DNA of 64,000 nucleotides, from positions 33,329-97,328 of the forward strand of contig LADZ01000022.1 of the NCBI GenBank assembly GCA_000961845.1, read 5' to 3'. Positions 41,300-52,091 of this stretch are shown piece by piece; positions within the stretch are counted from its first letter, which is position 1; each line of letters opens with the position of its first letter. Below the pieces are notes generated by a model. That model saw nothing but the letters and a program-made list of their open reading frames with translations. It did no database searches and was not told where the DNA came from. Both the position numbers and the translations under genes were made by a program. This stretch comes from Flavobacteriales bacterium BRH_c54. GTDB taxonomy: Bacteria > Bacteroidota > Bacteroidia > Flavobacteriales_E > Vicingaceae.

Positions 41300-41992
41300 A
41301 TGGCAAAAAAGAAAGACGAAAATTCGGAAGTAATTGTTGATGTTCAAGAGGTTTACAGTAAAACCGAAAACTTTGTAGAAAATAATAAAATGCCTATTAC
41401 CGTTGCATTAGCTGCAATCATATTGGTAATTGCAGCTTTTGCTTTTTACTATAAAGTTTACCTTCCACCAATAGAATCTGAAGCACAAGAAAATATGTTT
41501 TGGGCTGAACAACAGTTCGAAAGAGATTCTTTAAACTTAGCTATTAATGGCGATGGTGGAACAAACATGGGATTTATTGAAATCGTTGAAACTTACAGCG
41601 GTACAAAATCTGCCAACTTAGCTCACTATTACTTAGGTATTGCTTACAGAAATATGGGCATGTTTGAAGATGCTATTTATGAATTAAAAGAATTTAGCTC
41701 TGATGATGTAATTATTAGTGCTGTTGCTTTAGGTGCTATTGGCGATTCATACATGGAATTAAATGATATTGAAAATGCAGTAGACTATTACGAAAAAGCA
41801 GCTGCTAAAAACAGTAATAAACTTACTTCTCCTATTTATTTATTTAAAGCAGGTATAGCTTACGAAACCTTAGGCGACTATGCTAATGCGGTAAAGAAAT
41901 ACAAAGAGATTAAAAAAGATTTTGCTGAATCTGCTGAAGCCAGAGATGTAGAAAAATACATCGCTAGAGCTGAAACGATGAGTGCGAAATAA
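41300..41992 (+). CDS. Tetratricopeptide-repeat membrane-anchored protein (YfgM-like).
   Basis: One TM helix followed by TPR repeats. The ATG at 41300 (MAKKK) is preferred over the upstream TTG of the ORF track. Confidence 0.65.
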   Translation: MAKKKDENSEVIVDVQEVYSKTENFVENNKMPITVALAAIILVIAAFAFYYKVYLPPIESEAQENMFWAEQQFERDSLNLAINGDGGTNMGFIEIVETYSGTKSANLAHYYLGIAYRNMGMFEDAIYELKEFSSDDVIISAVALGAIGDSYMELNDIENAVDYYEKAAAKNSNKLTSPIYLFKAGIAYETLGDYANAVKKYKEIKKDFAESAEARDVEKYIARAETMSAK

Positions 41993-42024
41993 GCAGTTTA
42001 ATTCCCTAAAAACGTAACAACATT

Positions 42025-42510
42025 ATGGCAACTGTTAACAAAAACTTATCAGATTATGATGTTGCATCCATTCCTGATGGTGCTAGCATGAGAATAGCTA
42101 TTGTTGTTGCTGAATGGAATGAACAAATTACCCAAGGCTTATTAAATGGAGCATACAAAACGCTTTTAAAGCATAATGTTGCTAAAGAAAATATTATTAT
42201 TCAATATGTTCCGGGAAGTTTTGAATTGCCATTAGGAGCTCAAACACTATTAGAAAAAACTACCTTAGATGCTGTAATTTGCTTAGGAAGCGTTATTCAG
42301 GGAGAAACCAAACATTTCGACTTTGTTTGTAATGCTACTGCCTTAGGAATTAAAGATGTGGCTCTGAAATATAACAAACCTGTTATTTTTGGAGTACTTA
42401 CCGATAACACCATGCAACAAGCCATAGATCGCTCTGGTGGAAAACATGGTAATAAAGGCGATGAAGCTGCCATAACTGCTTTAAAAATGGTAGCTTTCCA
42501 AAAAGCCTAA
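42025..42510 (+). CDS. ribH: 6,7-dimethyl-8-ribityllumazine synthase.
   Basis: RIAIVVAEWN..GSFELP signature. Confidence 0.9.
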   Translation: MATVNKNLSDYDVASIPDGASMRIAIVVAEWNEQITQGLLNGAYKTLLKHNVAKENIIIQYVPGSFELPLGAQTLLEKTTLDAVICLGSVIQGETKHFDFVCNATALGIKDVALKYNKPVIFGVLTDNTMQQAIDRSGGKHGNKGDEAAITALKMVAFQKA

Positions 42511-42519
42511 ATTTATTCC

Positions 42520-43719
42520 ATGAACTATCCTTCGGTAATCCTCAAAAAAGACAAAGAAAAATCTATTGAAAGAAAACATCCTTGGGTATTTTCAGGAGCT
42601 ATTCAAAAAATTGTTGTGGATACTACTCCACCCGAACCACTTACTGATGGTCAGTTGGTAAATATTTTTGATGAAAATAATAACTTCCTGGCTACAGGAC
42701 ATTTTCAAGATGGAACCATTGCTGTTAGGATAATTAGTTTTACCCAAGAACCTATTGATGATGATTTTTGGTTTAAACGATTAACCAATGCTTTTGAACT
42801 TAGAAAAGCAATGGGATTAACCGAAAATCCATCTACCAATATTTACCGATTAATTCATGCTGAAGGCGACCAACTGCCCGGATTAATCATAGATTTTTAC
42901 AATGGTACCGCAGTTATTCAATCTCATTCAGCTGGAATGCACTTTGCCAAACCACAAATTATTGCCGCTTTACAAAAAATTTATGGTAAAAAGTTACTAG
43001 CCATTTACGATAAAAGTGCTGAAACGCTTGAAAAACAAACTGACCTGAAAATTGAAAATGGATATTTGTATCAAGCTGAAAATCCTGAATTAATTGGAAC
43101 AGAATACGATTGCAACTATCATTTAGATTGGGTTGAAGGACAAAAAACAGGTTTTTTTATTGACCAAAGAGAGAATAGAAAATTGTTGGGCGAATTAGCT
43201 AAAGACAAGTTGGTGTTGAATACTTTTTGCTATTCAGGAGGTTTTTCTGTTGCTGCATTAAAAAATGGAGCTAAGGCAGTTCATTCTGTTGATAGTTCTA
43301 AAAAAGCAATTGAATTAACCGATAAAAACATTGAGCTAAATCAACTTACTAACCATCAATCTTTTGTTTCTGATACGCTTACTTTCTTAAAAGAAAATAA
43401 AGAAATTTATGATATCATTGTGTTGGATCCTCCTGCTTATGCCAAACACAGAAAATCGATGCACAAAGCTGTTCAGGGTTATAAAAGACTAAATGAAATG
43501 GCTTTAAAAAACATGAAATCCGGTGGATTATTATTCACTTTTTCTTGCTCTCAGGTCATTAACAGAAAGTTATTTTACGATACTATTATGGCAGCAGCCA
43601 TTAGCTCACAAAGAAATGTTAGGGTATTGTATCATTTATCTCAGCCTGCCGACCATCCGGTAAACATTTTCCATCCCGAAGGTGAATATTTAAAAGGGTT
43701 GGTATTGTGGGTGGAGTAA
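42520..43719 (+). CDS. rlmI: 23S rRNA m5C methyltransferase, RlmI-like (PUA + class I MTase).
   Basis: N-terminal PUA-like domain, VLNTFCYSGGFSV motif I and DPPAYAK motif IV. Confidence 0.75.
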   Translation: MNYPSVILKKDKEKSIERKHPWVFSGAIQKIVVDTTPPEPLTDGQLVNIFDENNNFLATGHFQDGTIAVRIISFTQEPIDDDFWFKRLTNAFELRKAMGLTENPSTNIYRLIHAEGDQLPGLIIDFYNGTAVIQSHSAGMHFAKPQIIAALQKIYGKKLLAIYDKSAETLEKQTDLKIENGYLYQAENPELIGTEYDCNYHLDWVEGQKTGFFIDQRENRKLLGELAKDKLVLNTFCYSGGFSVAALKNGAKAVHSVDSSKKAIELTDKNIELNQLTNHQSFVSDTLTFLKENKEIYDIIVLDPPAYAKHRKSMHKAVQGYKRLNEMALKNMKSGGLLFTFSCSQVINRKLFYDTIMAAAISSQRNVRVLYHLSQPADHPVNIFHPEGEYLKGLVLWVE

Positions 43720-43729
43720 AAGCCCCCTA

Positions 43730-43752
43730 AATCCCCCGAAGGGGGACTTTTC
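43730..43752 (+). terminator. Rho-independent terminator after rlmI.
   Basis: tcccccgaaggggga GC hairpin followed by cttttcc. Confidence 0.55.
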
Positions 43753-43955
43753 CATCACACAAGCCCATCAGGACTGTCATTCTGAACAAAAATTTTCATT
43801 CCGAAGTATGAGGAATAGAAAAATAAAGTGAATAATCTTATTTTTTATTGACTTCTACATTCAATTAAAATCACAATTGCTAAGCAACAAGATATCTATA
43901 GACACATCCCACATTCATGTTATTTTCTTAAATTTACATTCCTAAAACAAACTGA

Positions 43956-46682
43956 ATGTTTAGCAAAAGACTATACCTTTTACCCTTACTATTCTTATGG
44001 CTATTAAGCTTTAGTGCTTTTAGTCAAAAAAATAACCAATTAAATAATACCCTTATTTTTAAGGTTAAAGAACAGTACAGAAATATTTGTTTTAATAATA
44101 AAATCAATCACCCACAATTTGCCAACATCAGCACTCAACTAGGAACAACTAATCTTCAAAAAATATTTCCAAAAAAAAGCAAAGAAGACCATCCCAATTT
44201 TATTGACTTATCACTGATTTACCAACTTACTTTTAATGCTCAGTTAGTAGATGTTGAAACTGCTATACAGCGAATCGCAGCCTCTAAAATAATGGAGTAT
44301 GTGGAACCTTATTACTTACCCGAATTGACTTTTACTCCTAATGACACGCTACTTTCTCAACAATATTATCTTAATTTAATTGACGCTTTTAATGCGTGGA
44401 ACATCAATCAAGGAGATACTTCAATAACCATTGGCATTACAGATACAGGTTGGGAACCGGCACATCCAGATTTAATTTCAAAAATTAAAATTAATTATGC
44501 TGATCCTATTAATGGCATTGATGATGATAATGATGGTTACATAGACAACTACTACGGTTGGGATTTGGGAATGAACGACAATAATGCTCTTTTTGAATCT
44601 ACCTCCCACGGAGTAGCGGTAACAGGAATTGCTGCTGCTGCCACTAACAACACTACCGGAATTGCAGGAGTAGGCTTCAACACTACATTTTTGCCTGTAA
44701 AAATTTCTAATGCTGCGGGATTTTTAACGCACGCTTATCAAGGAGTCGTTTATGCCGCAGATCACGGTTGTTTTATCATTAATTGCTCTTGGGGAAGCTA
44801 TGAAAACAGTCGCTTTCAGGAAGATATTATTAAATATGCTCAAATAAACCAGAGCTGTTTGGTGGTTGCTGCAGCAGGAAATGATAATTTAGAAACACCT
44901 TTTTATCCTGCAAGTTATGATGGTGTCCTCAATGTTGCTGCTACCGACCAAAGTGACATTAGAAAAAACAACTCCAATTATGGTTACCATATTGATATTG
45001 CCGCTCCGGGAGAAATAATTTTCACCACCGTTGGCAACAACTACGGTACTAACAGCGGAACTTCTATGGCTGCCCCTATAGTTGCTGCTGCTGCTGCAAT
45101 TGTAAAAAATGAATTTCCTACCTATACCGCCCAACAAGTAGCTGCCCAACTAAAAGCTACTACAGATGATATCAGTACACAAAATCCATCTTACATCAAT
45201 AAACTTGGTACAGGCAGATTAAATCTTTTTGATGCTTTAAACAACACAACAGCACAATTTGCAGATATTACCAACAAAAACATCTCCGACAATAACAATA
45301 ACTTGTTTAAGAATGGTGATACACTTCGGATTATTACTGAACTTACCAACTTTTTAAATCCTATTAACGGCATTAATATAACACTCAGTTCTTCCTCACC
45401 TTTTGTAAATATTATTAATAATATAAGCAGTTTTCCCAATTTAAACATGCTCGATACTGCCAGCAATTACGCCCAACCATTTACAGTAGAAATCCTTTCG
45501 GGAGCTAACCTCAACGAAAATATTTTATTTCAGGCAACTATAAGCAACGGCACTTTTTCTTACAACCATTATTTTAACCTGCTTATCAACCCCGATTATA
45601 TACATTTAGAGGAAAACCTTATTAGTACCACCATTACCAGCAAGGGCAAAATTGGATTTAATGATAATAACAACAATGTTGGTAGGGGCTTTATATATAA
45701 AGGCAAACAATTGCTCTACGAAGCAGGTTTTATGATTACTGATGGCTCTACAAGAGTTTCAGACCCTATTAGAGGAGCAAGTGGTTTCGACCAAGATTTT
45801 GGAAGTATTTTTAATGTAGCTTACCATCCACCTTATGTTTCTGCTTTAGATTTAGTTGGTTTTATGGACGATTTGCAATCGCCAAACCCTTTACAAGTTA
45901 GTATTAAACAACTTTCTTATGCGTACCCAACTTCTCCAAACGACCATTTTGTAATTGTAGTTTACGAAATTGAAAACCAAAGTGGGGTAACACTTAACAA
46001 TGTATATGCAGGAATTTTTGCCGATTGGGATATTCTCCAACCAAGTTTAAACAAAGCAAGCACAGACCTCAGCAGAAAATTAGGCTATGTTTATGCTCTT
46101 GATAATGATTCTTTGTATGCAGGAATTAAACTCTTAACCACTGACAATCTGGTAGCACACGCAATAGATGTAAACGGAAGTGGTAGCAGTATGAACATTA
46201 ATGATGGCTTCACTACTTCAGAAAAACATACTACCCTTAGCACTAATAATTTATTGGCAGGTGGTTTTAATGGTGATGATGTAGCTCATGTTATTAGTGC
46301 TGATAACTTTTCGATTACTCCGGGTGGTAAACATATAGTGGCTTTTGCTTTGTTAGCAGGAGATAGCTTGTTACATCTTCAACAAAATGCCGATGCTGCT
46401 CAAACACAATTTAATACTGATGCACTTACCGTAAACGAACTGAACAATACTGCTGATTTGGCTATTTATCCAAATCCGGCTAAAGAAGAACTTACAATAG
46501 TTGGTTTATCTCTAAATGAAAAAAATACTTTTTTTATTACCGATATCAGCGGAAAAGTACTAATTGAAAAAACCGATAACTTCACTAATCGTATTGCTAT
46601 TAAATCGCTTCCAGCGGGAATTTATTTTTTAACTATTCGTACAGCAAATCACCAGCAAGTGCTGAAGTTTGTAAAAAACTAA
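43956..46682 (+). CDS. S8-family subtilisin-like serine peptidase with a T9SS C-terminal sorting domain.
   Basis: Catalytic D (DTGW), H (STSHGVAVTG) and S (GTSMAAP). C-terminal LAIYPNPAKEELTIVGL...LKFVKN CTD. Confidence 0.9.
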   Translation: MFSKRLYLLPLLFLWLLSFSAFSQKNNQLNNTLIFKVKEQYRNICFNNKINHPQFANISTQLGTTNLQKIFPKKSKEDHPNFIDLSLIYQLTFNAQLVDVETAIQRIAASKIMEYVEPYYLPELTFTPNDTLLSQQYYLNLIDAFNAWNINQGDTSITIGITDTGWEPAHPDLISKIKINYADPINGIDDDNDGYIDNYYGWDLGMNDNNALFESTSHGVAVTGIAAAATNNTTGIAGVGFNTTFLPVKISNAAGFLTHAYQGVVYAADHGCFIINCSWGSYENSRFQEDIIKYAQINQSCLVVAAAGNDNLETPFYPASYDGVLNVAATDQSDIRKNNSNYGYHIDIAAPGEIIFTTVGNNYGTNSGTSMAAPIVAAAAAIVKNEFPTYTAQQVAAQLKATTDDISTQNPSYINKLGTGRLNLFDALNNTTAQFADITNKNISDNNNNLFKNGDTLRIITELTNFLNPINGINITLSSSSPFVNIINNISSFPNLNMLDTASNYAQPFTVEILSGANLNENILFQATISNGTFSYNHYFNLLINPDYIHLEENLISTTITSKGKIGFNDNNNNVGRGFIYKGKQLLYEAGFMITDGSTRVSDPIRGASGFDQDFGSIFNVAYHPPYVSALDLVGFMDDLQSPNPLQVSIKQLSYAYPTSPNDHFVIVVYEIENQSGVTLNNVYAGIFADWDILQPSLNKASTDLSRKLGYVYALDNDSLYAGIKLLTTDNLVAHAIDVNGSGSSMNINDGFTTSEKHTTLSTNNLLAGGFNGDDVAHVISADNFSITPGGKHIVAFALLAGDSLLHLQQNADAAQTQFNTDALTVNELNNTADLAIYPNPAKEELTIVGLSLNEKNTFFITDISGKVLIEKTDNFTNRIAIKSLPAGIYFLTIRTANHQQVLKFVKN

Positions 46683-46688
46683 CTATAG

Positions 46689-47300
46689 ATGGACAGAAAA
46701 GAACATTGGCAAAAGATTTATACTTCTAAGCAATTAGATGAAGTAAGCTGGTATCAGCCAACTCCCGAAACTTCTTTAGAACAAATTACCAAACATGTTA
46801 AGGATAAAAATGCTGCCATTATTGATGTTGGTGGTGGCGATAGCTTTTTAGTAGATAATTTATTAACGTTGGGTTACACCAATATTACGGTATTAGATAT
46901 TTCTGAAGCAGCGATAAAAAGAGCAAAAGAAAGATTAGCCGAGAAAGCCAATAAGGTAAAATGGATTGTTGAAGATGTTACACTTTTTAATCCCACAGAA
47001 AAGTACGATTATTGGCACGACAGAGCTGTTTTTCATTTTTTAACTGATAAAAAAGATGTAAAAAACTACCTTAATTTGGTAAACAATATAGTAAACAAAA
47101 ATGGCAAAATGACTATTGCTACTTTTTCTGAAAATGGTCCTAAAAAATGTAGCGGTATTGAAATTCAGCAATACTCTAAAGAAAGCCTTACCACTACTTT
47201 TAACCAACATTTTAAACTAGTAGAAAGTTTTTATATCGACCACCCTACTCCTTTTGATACTACGCAAAACTTTGTATTCTGTACGTTTGAGTATTGTTAA
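46689..47300 (+). CDS. Class I SAM-dependent methyltransferase.
   Basis: IIDVGGGDSF motif I. It lies 6 bp after the S8 peptidase gene. Confidence 0.65.
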   Translation: MDRKEHWQKIYTSKQLDEVSWYQPTPETSLEQITKHVKDKNAAIIDVGGGDSFLVDNLLTLGYTNITVLDISEAAIKRAKERLAEKANKVKWIVEDVTLFNPTEKYDYWHDRAVFHFLTDKKDVKNYLNLVNNIVNKNGKMTIATFSENGPKKCSGIEIQQYSKESLTTTFNQHFKLVESFYIDHPTPFDTTQNFVFCTFEYC

Positions 47301-47454
47301 ATCTTTTTTTAATCGCAAAGAAGCTAAGAAGTTTTCGTTCTGAAATTTTAATACCCTATTAGTTCATCTGGTTAACTTTTATTACCTTCACAAAGCAACT
47401 AAAATAAAAAAATAAAGTCTTAATGCTATTCTATTAATAAAATTCAAAAAAACA

Positions 47455-48867
47455 ATGCAAAAAATTTTAACCCTACTTTTAGTAATTGTATTAGCAATCA
47501 ACTTAAATGCTCAAATCAGTATTGATTCCTCAAATGTTGTAACCACTTGTTTAGATTGTGATAGTATAAATTCAAACCCTTTACCCAATCCTTATGGTAG
47601 TTTATATATAGAAGTTTCCGGAGGTGTTGCTCCCTATACTTTTTCATTAACAGGTTCACACCCTGCGAATACAACACCCGTAAACAATGTTTCTTCAACA
47701 GGAATTACCAGCTATACTCAATTGTGTCAAGATACTTTTCAGTTAACCATAGCCAACTCTAGTGGAGATACCATTTATTATAATTTTTCTACTAATCCAC
47801 CAACTCCTCCTGTTTTTAACATTGATTCTGTAACGGTAGAAGCAGATTCTACTAATAATCCTGATTCTGGTTTATTAGAGTTGCATGTAACAACCACCGC
47901 AGATTCTGTTTTCTATAAAATAGAAGAACAAAACAATTCATTTCCCTTAGGAACATTGGGAGGTTGGCAAGATTCTACCATTTTCGATTCTCTTCCGGGA
48001 GGTTATCACTATCGCGTTTTTGTAGATATTTATCCTAAAGTGAATGGCTGTGGAGGGTTAGACACCGGAACAAGTGTAATGCTAATTTATATTCCTTTAG
48101 CTTGCGAAAATGATGGTTTTGCTAATATATCTGCTCCTACCGATGTCTGTTCAGGCGATGTTGTTACCTTTTTTGGAATGAATAATCCTGGAAGTGGAAC
48201 GGGCAATATTGTCGTTAGTGAGTTTTGGGATTTTGGCGATGGTAATTCTCATGTTGGTCCTTCTCCTGTAATGTACACTTATTTTCAACCTAACACTTAT
48301 ATGATAACATATATTGTCACCACTTCTCATGGCTGTACTTTTATGGGATTTTCGCAAATAACTGTACATGATTTTCCTACTTCAAATTTTACACACAACA
48401 ACAATGGAGCAGGTTTATTCAATTTTTCGGATCAAAGTACTTTCCCTCTATCACCAATAACAACTTGGTTTTGGGATTTTGGTGATAGTAATACTTCTAC
48501 TTTACAAAATCCAACACATCAATATGCTGCAACAGGAAGTTACAATGTTTGTTTAACTGTTGCAAACAATGGTGGATGTAATGATTCTTATTGTGATTCT
48601 GTTTATTATAATTCTACTGTTGGAATTGCTGAGCAAAACTCAACTGCTCTTTTAATTTACCCCAATCCGGTAAATGATTTTATGATGATAGAAAATGGAA
48701 ACACTCCTATTGATGAAGTAACCATTTATGACATAACCGGTAAAACCATAAAAACCATTACACCAACAACCAATAAATTAAATGTTAGTGAGTTGTCTCG
48801 TGGCGTTTATTTGATTAGTGTTCGAACGAACGAGCAAACTACCACTAAAAAATTTATTAAGAATTAA
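47455..48867 (+). CDS. PKD-domain protein with a T9SS C-terminal sorting domain.
   Basis: Repeated WDFGDG PKD signatures and an LLIYPNPVNDFMMIEN...KKFIKN CTD. Confidence 0.8.
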   Translation: MQKILTLLLVIVLAINLNAQISIDSSNVVTTCLDCDSINSNPLPNPYGSLYIEVSGGVAPYTFSLTGSHPANTTPVNNVSSTGITSYTQLCQDTFQLTIANSSGDTIYYNFSTNPPTPPVFNIDSVTVEADSTNNPDSGLLELHVTTTADSVFYKIEEQNNSFPLGTLGGWQDSTIFDSLPGGYHYRVFVDIYPKVNGCGGLDTGTSVMLIYIPLACENDGFANISAPTDVCSGDVVTFFGMNNPGSGTGNIVVSEFWDFGDGNSHVGPSPVMYTYFQPNTYMITYIVTTSHGCTFMGFSQITVHDFPTSNFTHNNNGAGLFNFSDQSTFPLSPITTWFWDFGDSNTSTLQNPTHQYAATGSYNVCLTVANNGGCNDSYCDSVYYNSTVGIAEQNSTALLIYPNPVNDFMMIENGNTPIDEVTIYDITGKTIKTITPTTNKLNVSELSRGVYLISVRTNEQTTTKKFIKN

Positions 48868-48907
48868 GAAAATAGTACCATCTAATTAGAAAATACGGTT
48901 GGATTTT

Positions 48908-50506
48908 TTATTTGTCCATCAACACCACCAACTCTTTATCTAATGGATGAAGGTGCTGCATTAATGTTGGGATAATATCCATTCCGTAGAAAAGTAATAA
49001 AGAGCTCATATTATCGTGTCGCTCTTGCAAACCACTATTTGGAAAAAGTTTGTCTTTTATACTCCTAATTTGGTTTACCGCAACTTCTTCACGTTGTTTT
49101 TCTGCCTTTAGCAGACGAGCTTCAATATTATTAATGCCGTTGGTAGCTTTCTGCAATTCTGCATTTACAACTGCTTGCAATGTTTTATCCAGCTGAATAG
49201 CTTTGTTTTCAATAGTTTCGTACAATTTAGCAAGTTGCTCTTTTTGTTGCGAAAGTGTTAAATTAATATCGGCATGTTGGGTGACATATTCTTTAATGAG
49301 TTCTTCTGTATCTTCAAACAACTGTGGGACTTCCAATCCTAGTTTTTGCATTTTTTTAATGCTTCCTGCATCAATAATCAAAACAGAGTTCCTCAATATT
49401 AATGTTGGAAAAAACACATTATTAGCATTAAACATATCTTTTAGTTGAAACCAATAAGCAAGTTCTCCTCCTCCGCCAATGTAAGCCAAATTAGGCAAAA
49501 TCACTTCTTGATAAAGTGGTCGCATTACTACATTCGGACTAAATTTTTCGGGATGATTATTTAATTCCGCAAGGATTTGTTCTTTGGTAAAACTTAAATT
49601 GGTATTCAACACCTTGTATTGTTCACCCTCAACAACAATGCGTTCTCGTAGGTTGTTGTCCAAATAAAACAAATTAATTTCTCGCGGTGTTACCTGACTT
49701 TTATATCCTAAATCAGTTAATTGCTGAGTAGTTTCTTCTATAAATTGGTGATTCTTTTGCGCTACTAATTCTTGCTCAAAATAAGGAATCATACTTCTTT
49801 TTAATTCAGCATCATCGCCATCAATAATTACCAAACCATATTCGCCAAACAAATGGTTGACTAAGGCTTTTGTTGCTTGTGTAAAATTGCTATCAGCAGT
49901 ATAAAATTGTTTGAACAATTCTAAAATTTTTTCACCACCATTTCTATCACCAAGTAACGCTTCTAATTCTTTAGCCACTCCTGTAGCATTCGTTAAGCTT
50001 AGCCTACCTACTGCTCCATCTTCTCCTGCTTCTTTTTGTATGGATAACCTTTCATTAAACAAGTTAAAATGATTGATTTCCTCAAAATCGTGGTCTTCTG
50101 TTGCCATCCAATAGACAGGAACAAAATCGTTTTCAGGGTAAGTTGCTTTAAGCGTTTTAGCCAAATTTATTGCCGATATAATTTTATAAAGAAAATATAA
50201 AGGACCTGTAAATAAATTGAGTTGATGTCCGGTAGTAATGGTAAAGCAGTTGGAATTTTTTAATTGCTCTATGTTTGTTTTAACAGCATCACTTAATGAT
50301 AAATCTTTATATTGATGATAAAGTTGTTTAGTAAGCAACTCTCGGTTAATGGTAGTTTGTTTACGTTCAGCAATAGCGTCAGCAAAAGCTTGAAGTGAGC
50401 AATTATGATTGATAAAAGAATGTAACTTTTCCTCATTAGCCAAATAATCGTTGATTAACGAAGAAAAAAATGTTGTTTGTGAATAGGGTATTGTTTGTTT
50501 GTTCAT
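48908..50506 (-). CDS. bshC: Bacillithiol biosynthesis cysteine-adding enzyme BshC.
   Basis: LFTGPLYFLYKIISAINLAK, ATEDHDFEEIN and VVMRPLYQEVILPNLAYIGGGGE blocks align with Bacillus BshC. Confidence 0.85.
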   Translation of the reverse strand: MNKQTIPYSQTTFFSSLINDYLANEEKLHSFINHNCSLQAFADAIAERKQTTINRELLTKQLYHQYKDLSLSDAVKTNIEQLKNSNCFTITTGHQLNLFTGPLYFLYKIISAINLAKTLKATYPENDFVPVYWMATEDHDFEEINHFNLFNERLSIQKEAGEDGAVGRLSLTNATGVAKELEALLGDRNGGEKILELFKQFYTADSNFTQATKALVNHLFGEYGLVIIDGDDAELKRSMIPYFEQELVAQKNHQFIEETTQQLTDLGYKSQVTPREINLFYLDNNLRERIVVEGEQYKVLNTNLSFTKEQILAELNNHPEKFSPNVVMRPLYQEVILPNLAYIGGGGELAYWFQLKDMFNANNVFFPTLILRNSVLIIDAGSIKKMQKLGLEVPQLFEDTEELIKEYVTQHADINLTLSQQKEQLAKLYETIENKAIQLDKTLQAVVNAELQKATNGINNIEARLLKAEKQREEVAVNQIRSIKDKLFPNSGLQERHDNMSSLLLFYGMDIIPTLMQHLHPLDKELVVLMDK

Positions 50507-50530
50507 TTAAATCATTTGTATTATAGTTAC

Positions 50531-50545
50531 CTCTCGCAAAGACGC
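50531..50545. repeat. GC-rich intergenic 15-mer CTCTCGCAAAGACGC, copy 2, about 25 bp upstream of the bshC start.
   Basis: Exact match to 20808-20822. It is followed by caagacgctaaaag. Confidence 0.5.
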
Positions 50546-50615
50546 CAAGACGCTAAAAGTATTTTTATGTAAATCAAAAATTTCTAATTCACACATAAAA
50601 TCATCCTCACATTAA

Positions 50616-51959
50616 TTAAACCACCTCTCCATACAAATCAAAATCTCCGGCAGAAGTAATTTTAACATTAGCAAAATCTCCTATTCTCACATAATGCTCA
50701 GCAGCATCTACCAACACTTCATTATCTACTTCAGGAGAATCAAACTCTGTTCTGCCAACAAAATAACCACCTTCCATTCTATCGAAAAGCACTTTAAATG
50801 TTTTTCCTACTTTCTTTTCATTTAAATTAAGTGAAATTTGTTGTTGTACTGCCATTACTTCTTCAGCACGAGCTTCTTTTTCTTCGTCCGTAAGTGTATC
50901 TTCATACTGATAAGCATGTGTATCTTCTTCATGAGAATAAGTGAAAACACCCAATCTGTCGAACTGCATTTCTTGTATCCAAGCTTTCATTTCTTCAATA
51001 TCTTCTCGTGTCTCTCCCGGAAAACCAACAATGAAGGTAGTTCTAATAGTAATATCAGGAATAATAGCTCTGATATCTTTTATTAACTGAGTAGTTTTTT
51101 CTCTGGTAGCTCCTCTCCTCATAGCTTTTAACATATTGTTTGAAGCATGTTGTAAAGGAATATCTAAGTAATTACATACTTTCGGATTACTTTTCATGGT
51201 TTCAATAATATCCATCGGAAAACCTGTTGGGTAAGCATAGTGTAACCTTATCCATTCAATTCCTTCCACTTCCGACAAAGCATTAAGCAAGTCTGATAAT
51301 CGTCTTTCTTTATAAATATCCAACCCATAAAAAGTAAGTTCCTGAGCAATTAAAATTAACTCTTTAACGCCTTGTTTGGCTAAATTTTTAGCTTGTTCCA
51401 CCAATTGTTCTATGGGTACCGATTCGTGTTTTCCTCTCATTAGCGGAATAGCACAGAAAGAACAAGCTCTGTCGCAGCCTTCAGAAATTTTTAAATAGGC
51501 GTAATGATTGGGCGTAGTAATAATTCTTTCGCCAATTAACTCGTGTTTGTAATCGGCTTTTAGTGTTTTTAATAATCTTGGCAATTCTTTCGTCCCAAAA
51601 TAGGCATCTACTTCGGTAATTTCTTTTTCAAGAGAATCTTTATAACGTTCGGAAAGACATCCGGTAACGTATAACTTATCTACAAAACCTTCTTTTTTAG
51701 CTTCGGCATATCGTAAAATAGTGTCTATCGATTCTTGTTTGGCATTATCAATAAATCCACAAGTATTGATAATAACAATTTCCGAATCATCTTGCTCTGC
51801 TTCATGTTCTACTTCAAAACCATTGGCTTTAAGCTGTGTCATTGCTACTTCCGAGTCGAATAAGTTTTTAGAACATCCTAATGTGATTACATTTACTTTG
51901 TTCTTTTTTAGGGTTTTTGTTTTCAAAGAGATTTCAATTAATTTTTTGCAAAGATACAA
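50616..51959 (-). CDS. rimO: Ribosomal protein S12 methylthiotransferase RimO.
   Basis: MTTase N-terminal domain, CSFCAIP radical-SAM motif, TRAM domain. Confidence 0.9.
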   Translation of the reverse strand: MYLCKKLIEISLKTKTLKKNKVNVITLGCSKNLFDSEVAMTQLKANGFEVEHEAEQDDSEIVIINTCGFIDNAKQESIDTILRYAEAKKEGFVDKLYVTGCLSERYKDSLEKEITEVDAYFGTKELPRLLKTLKADYKHELIGERIITTPNHYAYLKISEGCDRACSFCAIPLMRGKHESVPIEQLVEQAKNLAKQGVKELILIAQELTFYGLDIYKERRLSDLLNALSEVEGIEWIRLHYAYPTGFPMDIIETMKSNPKVCNYLDIPLQHASNNMLKAMRRGATREKTTQLIKDIRAIIPDITIRTTFIVGFPGETREDIEEMKAWIQEMQFDRLGVFTYSHEEDTHAYQYEDTLTDEEKEARAEEVMAVQQQISLNLNEKKVGKTFKVLFDRMEGGYFVGRTEFDSPEVDNEVLVDAAEHYVRIGDFANVKITSAGDFDLYGEVV

Positions 51960-52091
51960 TCCGTTTTTTAGACTTTTGTCCGAAAAACGTTAAATGAGGT
52001 TAATGAGTTCGTTTTATCGACAAATCAAATTTTTTTTATTCTTAAGCTTTCGCTTTTATTACTAAATTTGTCTTCTTAAAAAAATAAATTT

